The notes below the pieces were generated by a model that did not search any database, was not told the DNA's origin, and worked only from the letters and a program-made list of their open reading frames with translations. Of a DNA stretch of 64,000 nucleotides, positions 52,942 to 64,000 are shown in pieces. The position numbers and the translations under genes are program-made. The stretch covers positions 230,826,001-230,890,000 of the forward strand of contig OZ024742.1 of the NCBI GenBank assembly GCA_964016885.1. The letters are read 5' to 3'. Numbering within the stretch: the first letter of the stretch is position 1; each line of letters starts with the position of its first letter. The DNA comes from Eledone cirrhosa. Its lineage: Eukaryota.

Positions 52942-53680
52942 TCTTCTTCTTCTTCTTCTTCTTCTTCTTCTTCTTCTTCTTCTTCTTCTTCTTCTTCTTC
53001 TTCTTCTTTCTGAGAGGGTCGTTGGGGCTGAGTCCTGAAATACTCCTTCCAGCTAGTTCTGTTAGAAGCAACCGTCTCCAACTGATTCGGCTGAATCCCC
53101 AATCGAGACGAGTAAAGTTCATGGATTTTATACAATCATGTTGCTCGGCGTCTATCCCTGGGTCTACTGCCGATTGGGTTTGCCCGTAAAATCTATCCAG
53201 CGATTCTTTCTTGAGACATTCTGACCACATGCCCATAGTATCGTAGCTGTGATATATCAATTCGAAGAAGTAGCAGTTCTTCCTGTAATGACCCTCTGAG
53301 CTATGCACTTTATCGAGTAACCTTACTCTAAAGACTATTTGGAGGAACCCCATTTCTGCCGCTTGTATTCTTTCGGTTATTACCCAAGATTCATGACTAT
53401 AGTTAAGGGTTGGCACGAATACCGAATTGAAGACAGCCAGTTTTGGCTTTTATGCCTACCTCCCTTCTCCTGATTACTGAATGCTGAAGCTGGCGCATTA
53501 CCGCACTAGATCCTGAAATTCTTGCACTTAATTCATTCTCCTGCCTTCCATTACTTGTGAACACGGCCCTGAGATACTTGAACTTTTCTCCCTGCTTCAG
53601 TGGAACTCCATTCACATATAGAGTGTACTGCACAGGCTTCTTTGAGAGGAGGAGTGTCTCTGTTTTCGTAGCATTCATTC
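52942..53680 (-). pseudogene. RTE-clade LINE 3' fragment with (GAA)n tail
   Basis: NATKTE..LKQGEKFKYL..ARI; PTLNYSHESW; IQAAEMGFL; (CTT)n 52942-53008 on plus strand. Confidence 0.8.
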
Positions 53681-53719
53681 TTTACATACATCTGTGCTTT
53701 ATATATATTCCTACCTTTG

Positions 53720-53782
<63 letters not shown>

Positions 53783-53787
53783 TATAC

Positions 53788-53936
53788 TTACGGTAAACAT
53801 TGATGCAATTCAATTCAAGCGCTCAACGTATTGTTTCCACATAGGAAAACGGAGTATATTTAGAATGAGAAAATGCGGAGTAGTTTCAGATGTTAAACTT
53901 CAATATCGAAAACTACTCCGCATTTTCTCATTCTAT
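53788..53936 (-). mobile_element. Short fold-back pLTR-like element
   Basis: 26-bp arms tagaatgagaaaatgcggagtagttt/aaactactccgcattttctcattcta; tail atactcc..gttgagcgc. Confidence 0.5.
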
Positions 53937-53942
53937 AGATAT

Positions 53943-54036
<94 letters not shown>

Positions 54037-54825
54037 GTGTGTGTGTGTGTGTTATATATGTTTGTTTTTTTTTCGAGTACAGTCACATTATTACATTCAA
54101 ATCATTCATATTAAGTTAATGTTTCAATTGTTTATTGTCTGTTAAAAATATTGATGTAAATATTTACCCCGTTCAGAAGGTTAATTAAGTAACTCCACCA
54201 TTTGCATACTACATTGTGCTTAATTAACTACACCTTATTATTTTGTTATCTCATTCATTAAATTCTACAAGGAATCTATTCATCTGGCCTTTGTTGGTAC
54301 AAGTTAATAGCTACACCCACGTACAGTGTTAAGTGCACGATGGTTCTAGTAGCATAGCTGTTTACATAGATACACCCAGTCTCCTCTTTATATTGAACAT
54401 ATCTTTTGAATTACCTTATTTCATGCAGCTCCAGTTCATTCAGTTAACAAATAAGATTTGCAGCTGTAATTCAAGGAGTCAGTCTTATCACATGGGGTTG
54501 GGTTGCTGGACTCATAAACATAAGGTCGTAGGTGGATTTCCTGGTAGTGGTGGTGATGACGATGATGATGATGATGATGATGATGACGATGATGACGATG
54601 ACGATGATGATGATGATGATGATGACGATGATGACGATGACGATGACGATGATGATGAGGATGATGATAATGATGACGGTGATGAGGGGCTTTTCTTGTG
54701 CAAACCATTCCTTTAACAAAACGCATGTTTCCCAATTTGTACGACTGTTCGTACGGTAATCCCAGTATATATGTTATATCAATCACGCTTTACATACGTT
54801 CAAAACTATTACTGACTGTCATTAC

Positions 54826-54990
54826 GGTCTGACGCCATGCTTTGCAGCAAAGTGTTATGGCCCTTTATGGTCTGAGTTCAAATCCCTCCGAGGTTAACTT
54901 TGCCTTTCATCCTTACGGGGTCGATAAAATAAAGCACCAGTAATACACTGGGATAATTGCTGGCCTTGTGCCAAAAGTAGAAACAATTAT
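54826..54990 (+). mobile_element. Family A SINE (head truncated)
   Basis: B-box, core and tail. Confidence 0.85.
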
Positions 54991-55861
54991 TAATGACACG
55001 GATACACTAGTGACAATTATAATTATGATTTCTAAAATAAGCACAAGGCTAGAAAATGTTCTTTTGTATGTATTGACATTTTAAAAGGACCAAAGTGACC
55101 TAGAAATTAAATATATTGGGTTTCACATCCATTGTTATGCACAAAAGGGCAGTGTCCATGCCTCCATGGTATATAAACCACGTGTAAATGTTATATTAAT
55201 AACGAGCTATGATAACAGTTGTCTCCATAGACCTAGATTATTTACATGACAACGACAGTTTGCCAAGAAATTTATTGATCATTGGCATATGATATAGTTG
55301 TTTCGTTTGTAAATGCAGTATCACAAAACGATGTTTTGTTTTTAGCCTAAAACTCTCATGAGAAGTCTTACATTATATCGATGTAAAAATAGTGATCCGA
55401 GTAGAAAAACATAGGTTGAATTATAATATTTATTTTTATACTCCTTTTATACCGTGATCGGTTCCTGTCATTAGACTGCGACAATGCAGTGGGATCACCT
55501 TATATTGATTTGGGTCGATTATATCAACTACAATATTCTTTTAGTTATGTCGTGCACTTGTTCTATTCATCTCTTTTTGTCGAACTGCTGAGTTACGAGA
55601 CATAAACAAAGACACAAACACAACTGTAAAAACGTACAAGGAGATATACGAACATACAAACGCGTACGCTCACGAACACACAACATATACACACACATAC
55701 ATCTACACACACATACTCATACATACATATACACGAATACACATACACATATATATATGTGTGTATAAATAGATCAAGAATAGACAAGACAAACACAGAA
55801 ATGCAAAGACACAAAGTCTTATCAGTTTCATGAATATACTGTATATGTAAAAGCAACGTCG

Positions 55862-55944
<83 letters not shown>

Positions 55945-55980
55945 ATGTGTGTGTATGTATATATGTATATATATACATAC

Positions 55981-56016
<36 letters not shown>

Positions 56017-56044
56017 ATGTGTGTGTATGTATATATGTATATAT

Positions 56045-56123
<79 letters not shown>

Positions 56124-56222
56124 TGTACATACGTATATATATATAAATATCCTGATGACGTCCTTTGAATGAAACACTTCTAGTCCTGCAGGAACCATAC
56201 CTATATTAAATATTATATCTAC

Positions 56223-56311
<89 letters not shown>

Positions 56312-56792
56312 TGTCTACGTTATCATTTGATCTTTTTTCATGAAAATGTTCCGCTTGTATGAAGTATGTCTGCATTCTTGTATCCTCTATTATCGTTACA
56401 TAGACATATCATGGCCAAATGGTAAAGAAGTTCGCTTCACAAGCATAAGATCACAGCATTGATCCCACATGAAGCAGATGTCTCCTACTAAAGCCCTAGT
56501 GCAAAATTTTACAGAAAACATGAGTGGAATAGCAACATCACAACTAGTAATTAAGAACGAAATGAAGACATACAGACACACACAAAAACCAAACTAATAA
56601 AACAAACCAGACACACACAGATGGAACAAACAGCCAACTAGTGAGAAGTAAACAAACAGTTACCGGTAAATAAATAAATAAAAACATAAACACCCGGATG
56701 TAACTCATTCGCATACCAAGTACACAGCACACAACTCACAAAGGCAAGATGGTGTAGGACAGAACAAAGGAGAGACACAAAATAAAAACCCA

Positions 56793-56835
56793 GTCACTGA
56801 GGAGGTCACAGAATGTGTGACGAAATAGCTTTGAC
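56793..56835 (+). ncRNA. Minimal type I HHR variant
   Basis: gtca CTGAGGA g gtcaca gaatg tgtgac GAAA tagc TT tgac. Confidence 0.68.
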
Positions 56836-56942
56836 AATATATAAACAAACATTTCCCTATCGAACCAACCAAACAACTGGAAATTTATAATAAATTTAAG
56901 TGAAAACCAACAGGTGCGTGTGTTTTTATTGGCAAAGTATAA

Positions 56943-57059
<117 letters not shown>

Positions 57060-57082
57060 TATATATATATATATATATATAT

Positions 57083-57133
<51 letters not shown>

Positions 57134-57151
57134 TATATATATATATATATA

Positions 57152-57245
<94 letters not shown>

Positions 57246-57268
57246 TATATATATATATATATATATAT

Positions 57269-57357
<89 letters not shown>

Positions 57358-57799
57358 ATTATATATATATAATTATATATATATAATTAGTAACACTCTC
57401 CGGTCAGTCACGGAACTATTCCCAGTCCTGTTCCACCAAGCTTTTTCTGCTGAAACACATTCACCATCCATGTCTCGCTCCTACAAATTATGGTACTTCT
57501 CACACATAGTTGTAAAAACAAAAACATAAATAGATATGAAAATATAGAGACCACATTTCAGATAACTATAATAATGTATAACGTTTCTTTTCTGACGCCA
57601 TGGGGTACTTTACCAAATTTATTTAATATTATTATGGGTATCTGCATTGTGGCGACTGTATTTTTTAAATTTCAAATTTCCAAACGCTTCGTAAGTCACC
57701 AAAATATTTAAATAAATAAACAAATAAAGTTGTTTTTCATAAATACAATATAATCAATTCTGCCTTCAGTACTATCTCTATACATTTTCCTAGACTTAC

Positions 57800-57897
57800 T
57801 ATCATTTGTATGCAGCATCTGTTTTTTTGTGTCTTCCTGTAATTCATTAAATTTGGACAAAAGGTTCAGCTTATAAATTTCATTGACGGTAGGTATA
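57800..57897 (-). CDS. Candidate coding exon, unknown product
   Basis: ttattttgtag| acceptor, |gtaagt donor, open frame IPTVNEIYKLNLLSKFNELQEDTKKQMLHTND. Confidence 0.33.
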
Positions 57898-58779
57898 CTA
57901 CAAAATAATTTCAGTAAAATTTCTGAAATGAAATACGAAAAACAAATATACTGTTTGATAATATAATGCGTTGCTATATAGTGTGTATTAGAGTATACAC
58001 AACAATACACAATATGTGGTAAATATGTTTGTGACTAATGGTGTTTCTAAGGACTTAGTAACCTTGGCGCTTGGCAAAACAAATACAAACACGGTAAATA
58101 TCACACTCAACGCCTTCCTAGTTAATATTATTGCCACGATCTCTGCCTTTTGTTAGCATCAATAAAAAATGTCGAACTTGATGCTATAAGGTCAAGGCAT
58201 TTAAGTAATAGAGGATGGCAGACATTAAATCCTTTCTGTGCTTAATCATTTATGACCTTCTGCTATGAATATATAGTGATAATATCACGTACTTCAGTGA
58301 TGTTGGTGGGGTGTTTAGCCCTTGCTCCGTCCTCTGGACCGCAACTACGATCAATAACTATTCCTTCACTATTTTCAGGCATTGTGTATTCAAGAATATA
58401 TTATCCAACGTGTCTCTTTAAAAAGGAAGGGGTCGACATATATGAGGTTGTTATTTCTACCTGCTGTTTTAGCCCTAGGTCACACAGGTAGTGGACCAGT
58501 GATCTATGGCATTCTAGCCAATTATTTTATGATTTTTTTGTTTTTTGTTTTTTTGTTTTTTTCAGTCGTTGAATAGCCGGAAATATATTATGACCTGTAT
58601 TTATTTGTTGATATTGTTTAGCCTAGTGTCAGCTCTGCTGTAGTAGACTAATGGCAGAAACCCTATCACTTTACATTTGAATACATGTGGCATTAATTAG
58701 TTGTATTAAAACCTAAGTTAAAATCGAAATATTTAAACAGTAACTTCGAAAGAACGAATATGAAATGGACCGTCGTCAA

Positions 58780-59105
58780 TTTCGACGGGAAGTATTCCAG
58801 GCTTTTGTTCAACTGAGCAGACTGCTTGCGGATTTAACATGCAAGTGACTGAGTATTCCGTAGACATATGTACATTTAACGTAGTTTGGATGAAGATTCA
58901 GTGTGACACAATGAAGAGACAAAACTGTCACATTGAATTGCATGTTTCATCCATTTGACGAGCTACCAAATAGTTTGCGTCATTCCAATTTCATTCACAA
59001 GGCTTGAGTCAACTCAAAGCTATGGTAAAAGACACTTGCCCAAGACACCACTCAGTAGGATCGTACTCGGGAATCTATTTTTGTGAAGCGATCTTCTTAA
59101 CCACT
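58780..59105 (-). mobile_element. Decayed CORE-type SINE
   Basis: Reverse strand gtggtgtcttgggcaagtgtcttttaccat downstream of a tRNA-like head. Confidence 0.55.
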
Positions 59106-60699
59106 CCGACTTACTGTTGTCATTGGCCTTTACTGTTGCGAGAATGACCAGTCGGATTTTTATTAATATTACTTATCTTATTAATACTGAAATATCAGAA
59201 ACCACATCATCACTTACGCCTTGAAAGCCAGATGTCTACTCATTACACTAGTAATATTCCTTATCAGCAGGGTTCTAAACATAACTAATATATATCATGT
59301 CAGCATTCTTATATTTAAACATTATATTACATATATCTTTATCGCCGGAATATAGATATTTCAGGAATAAGAGTGGGTTTCGTTAATACACAAGTTACCA
59401 GAACTAATAAAATGAATAATTACGTTTCTCCATAAATCCAGCCTGTTGGGCAGTTCCTATTGTTATTAAAGAAAATAAACAGCCATTATTTGTCCTGTGT
59501 GAGTTTTGCTAGCATAAATATTGACAATATACTGAACCACATGCAATTCTTTTTCTGAATAATCCTTCTGGTATTTCTTAGTTATAACGATGTAGCTTCA
59601 TTTTCTCAAGGATAAATAAATATATTTTCATATCCTGTGGGATATTTAGAGAATGTGCATTCTATTAGGTTTATGTTTAGAAATATTTCCAGCTAAATTT
59701 CGTGACAAATAACTCAAATAAATATTTCTCGCTGAATTGTAATTCAAAATGAAGCTAAAAATCGCTCAGGTTACCTAACACGAACCACGCGTTGTTTGTT
59801 AGTTTTAAGAGAAAAGAAAAGATAGCTGTTTACTTAATTTATAAGTCTTCATTTCGCTTGCCAATCTTTTTCCGATATTGAAGAAGAATATTAGAAAGTA
59901 AAGAAACTGAATTATAAAATATATGAAAATGAGTGTTGGTAATAGTGTCAATAGTAATATGCCAATAAATGATAGTAAGTTCGATTACTATTTCTACTGC
60001 TTCGATACCAATATTAATAAGGTTTTAGAAGCACGACTATTATGAATGAAACGTATGTAAATATTAATCAAACACTTGAATATGTCCATATATGAAAGAT
60101 TATTTGTTAGATGTAAATACAAACGTTAATTCTTTTTAGTTTTCCTGAGGTATATATTGATTACATATCATATATCGGTTTTAAGATGAATCCCATTTAT
60201 CTGGTATCACGAAACGATTCCAGACGTTTGGAAATAGTTACATTGAAATATAGCAAATCTTAAATTAATTACATAATTTCATAACGTATGAAGATTAGTT
60301 ATGAAGGTATAACTATGTTAAGAACTTTGCTTTACAATCACCAAGTTTTAGAGTTCAATTTCACTGTATGATACCTAGTTTTTCTATCATCACTTCTAGT
60401 GTGCTAAATCCCTGTGAGTGTAATAAGTCTTGTGTGTGAAACAGTGTGGAAATTTATTAGAGAGGCCATTTTTGTTCATTGGTGGGTAAACTTGATCCAT
60501 CACCCGGTTTAATACCACGATTTGGCTGTCTCATTTGACGGAATTCACTCTCTTGTAAACTTCTCAAATTTTATGATAAATACCTTTCTTCTCTTTCACC
60601 AGTTATAGAGGTACTAAAAAGTGCATGCTGCTCTCTTCCAGATATTCACACACTGGGTGTCCTCGCCATGTAATTACTTCAAACATTGAATTAATAGTT

Positions 60700-61030
60700 T
60701 GATGGTTCGTGATTAAATGTTTATGGTGTTCGACTCATGATAGTTAGTCGCAGGGAATTCGATACCAACGACACGTTGTGTCCTTGACAAAGTCAATAAA
60801 TATCACTTTGCTCTAGTCACCTCAACTGGCAAAAATGAGTTGTAACTGCAATTCGAATGGCAAAACTTTTCGCACACTGTGTCACGCTGAATCTTCCTGG
60901 GAACTACATTAATAGTGCACATGTTTGCGGAATTCTCAGCTACTTGCACGTTAATTTCATAAGCAAGCCGTTCCGTTATTCGAACAACTCGATCGCATGT
61001 CTGAACGGACGAAGGTTCAACTCACCGATT
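60700..61030 (+). mobile_element. Decayed CORE-type SINE
   Basis: gttgtgtccttgacaaag..cactttgctctagtcac; body similar to 46480-46860. Confidence 0.45.
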
Positions 61031-61260
61031 AATTTTAAATTGGGACTGATCAGTTTAGGTAAAAGGAAAAGATGTGTTACTTTGTATTTACGTGTTATGA
61101 ACTCCATTTTTGTAAATGAGGTGTATAGCACAAAAATCATGCCTTGGGTGGCTTTCAAACATGGTATCAATATGTTTTTCATACATACCTGGTGTCATGT
61201 AATTCACATCTTTATTCGCTGAAGTATTTTCTGTTTTCGATTATTGTTTTATCTTGTATC

Positions 61261-61422
61261 AGGCGGTGGATTGGCAGAATCGGTATAGCGTCGGACACCT
61301 TAATTCGCGGCATAGTTACGTCTCTTTTACGTTCTGATGTTAACTTTGCCTTTCATCCTTACGGGGTCGATAAAATAAAGTACCAGTAATGCACTGGTGT
61401 CGATTTAATCGACTTATTTCTC

Positions 61423-61453
<31 letters not shown>

Positions 61454-61488
61454 TTACTGGCCTTGTGCCTATACTAGAAATCGTTATT
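61261..61488 (+). mobile_element. Family A SINE
   Basis: Head, core and tail; small deletion at the B-box. Confidence 0.8.
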
Positions 61489-61800
61489 ATAGTTTGTATT
61501 TCTCTTTCTTAATTAATTACAATTAGGAAAAGGCAATATTCTTTCAAGATTAGTTTTGGAACATTCTGGCAATATTCGGTCAAGATTAGTTTTGGAACAT
61601 TCTGGCAATATTCTGTCAAATAATCATGTTGACATTTATTATTATCATTATTTTTTTTTTTTTTTTGCTGGCTTCTTTCATAATATTTCAGCCATACTGG
61701 GACAACAACTTCTAACTATTTATTAATTTATTTGTTTTATTTATATTGCCAATTATATCGATCCTAAGAGCTTAGACTTGTATCAATTGTATTATCTCTA

Positions 61801-61980
61801 CCAAATTGTGGCTACGTTCACGTTTTTTACGTCCCCTTAGAGTGTTATCTGTTTCCTGTTTTTTTTTATTTGGACCGAGTTGCAAAGATGCTCCCTGGTT
61901 ATCATCGTAGCTATAAATACAAAATGCAATGAATGAGAGAATGGTCCAATGGAAAACAATCTGCGATACAGTTTTCCACA
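61801..61980 (-). CDS. Candidate exon: hydrophobic signal-like stretch followed by RGRKKR
   Basis: ctaac branch motif and ttattttacag| acceptor; open frame; donor weak. Confidence 0.3.
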
Positions 61981-62271
61981 CTGTAAAATAAGTTAGATGT
62001 TAGTGTTTACTCTGTGTGTGTGTGTGCAGTACAGCCACTCCACTTCGCTGGGTCCGCACTTGTGGATAGCCAAGTCCGCACCGATAACAGTGAGTAGAGA
62101 TGTGGTCTTGGGAGCAAGAACGCTGGAAGTCTCCACTGCCACCGGTTCAACAACAATCTGTATGCTATAAAATGACTATTCAAAACAAACAACAGATATC
62201 GTATTTTAGAAGAGTCTCCTATACCAATAATAGATGTTTATTTGAAAGGATATACGGTATGTTTATATATA

Positions 62272-62495
62272 TAATTATTTCTAATATAGGCACAAGGCCA
62301 GTAATTGGGGGGGGGGGGCAATTAAATCGACCCCAGTACGTTACTTGAGCTTTATTTTATCGACGCCGTAAGGATGAAAGGCAAAGTTAACCTCGATGGG
62401 ATTTGAACGACATACGGTCTGGCCGTAAAGGGCCGCAACTCTATGCTGCAAAGCATGGTGTCCGACTCTCTACCGATACTGCCAATCCACCGCCC
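62272..62495 (-). mobile_element. Family A SINE
   Basis: Full match. Confidence 0.85.
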
Positions 62496-63080
62496 TATAT
62501 GTTTATATATAATAAACATACATGTCTCGCTATAAATGTTTTAAGCTATGATCGTGTAACAACTATCTCAATAGCCGTGTGAGAATGCCACATAAGTATT
62601 TCAGGGTTTTTGTCCATCGGTGACGTCTTTTCACTAGGCACTGAAACAAGAATAACCTGTAGCCTATATACTTTGTGCGAATAAAACATTCGCTGGAGAT
62701 GCCCATTTCCATATAATGCTAGCTTAAGCTGAAACTCGTGTCTGGCGTTCTCACGCGACTACTAGGTTAGTTGTAACATGATCACAAGTAAAACATTCTA
62801 AGCGATATTTATGTATTGTATATGCCTTCATATACACCACCAGTATTATGAATCTCGCTATTTAAGTGGTACTGTTAATCAGCTATACAAACTTTCATTC
62901 TGAATATGGATACTACTTTAGTCGGACAGAAACCTTACAGCTAAGGAAAACATTGATCGTAGGAAAAAGCAACAAGAAGATTGTTTTACGCTGTTTGTTC
63001 CGGCTCACTACACTCGTAGGTTCCACCAAGATCAACTCGACCTTTCATCCTTATAGATTCGATAAAGTACTGTGGTCGAT

Positions 63081-63153
<73 letters not shown>

Positions 63154-64000
63154 TCTCTCTCTCTCGCCCTTCTCTTCTATCTCTTCTCTCTCTCGCCCTT
63201 CTCGTCTCTCTCCTTTCCATCACTTTTCTCTTTCCTTTCCTTTCCTCTCTCTTTCTTTTTACTCATCCCTCCCTTTCTTTCTCCTCGTCTCTCCCCTTTC
63301 TCATCTCTCTTTTCTCTCCATTCCTCCCCTCCCCCTCTCTCTCTCTCTCTCTCTCTCTCCTGCAACGTGAGATGATGTCATGGTGACCGCGTTTAAAAGG
63401 CAGTTCCCTTTCCAGAAATGATGAATATTTCAAAAATGTGCTAAAAGTAAAGGAAAATCAGTTGAGATAAAAACGTTGTATTGTAATGGGGCCGGGTGGC
63501 GGCACTCCTCCTGCTAAAGAGGGGGCTAGAAAAAAGAATTTAATCTAATAAAATCACACCCACACTATCTGAAAAAAAGAAATATATTATGTATGTCTAG
63601 AAGCTCCGTCGATTTCTACGATGAGTATTTAGTTGTTCGACCAATTGAGAGTCCAATTCGTGAACTAAAGTGTACGTAATTGAAAGTCATTTGAAACGTG
63701 CCACCTATGAGGCTATGTCTTCATTAGTGCTTTGGAAACCACAAGCAGTCACTAATAACAGGGGGCGCAAGCTCTCCTATCCCAATGTCATTTCCTGAGA
63801 TTCTGGTATTGAAATCCAGGACTTGGTAACGGGAATGGACGACAGCCCCACGGGGAGATCAATTGTTGAGTCCATTTCGGCCGCCGGAGGAGGATGTACG
63901 TATTTCAGTATTCTACAGAGACATATATCGTTAACGTAATCCTCCAAAACCAAATCATCTTCACAGAGTATGTGACAAAGCTGGAGCTGTCAAATATAAT

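Noticed and set aside
54555-54685. Poly-Asp/His/Ser ORFs
   Set aside because: (GAT/GAC)n microsatellite
61981-62010. 30-nt intron that would create an ATG for the 61980 exon
   Set aside because: Too short for a typical spliceosomal intron, and the donor is weak

Overview
AT-rich, microsatellite-dense eukaryotic DNA, not prokaryotic. The SINE types and (TA)n/(CA)n load resemble an octopus/cephalopod genome (inference). No intact protein-coding gene is recognisable, and most track ORFs are microsatellite artefacts. The window holds: >15 copies of a tRNA-headed SINE with a Nin/Deu-like core; decayed LINEs (RTE, two Dong/R4-type RLE elements in (AAT)n, Tx1-like, Vingi-like, CR1-group); a 5'-truncated Penelope-like element (RT + GIY-YIG) with inverted pseudo-LTRs; MITEs; minisatellites; and a few candidate exons. 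The main unannotated signal is about 20 type I hammerhead ribozyme (HHR) motifs or half-motifs in several families of short non-coding, fold-back elements, mostly inside (TA)n tracts. These include a near-perfect 3x466-bp tandem array with one minimal HHR per unit (retrozyme-like, predicted circular RNA), a related HHR element with a 13-bp target-site duplication, and a family whose hairpin folds back on HHR stem II. All calls were made by eye; no search or folding program was run.
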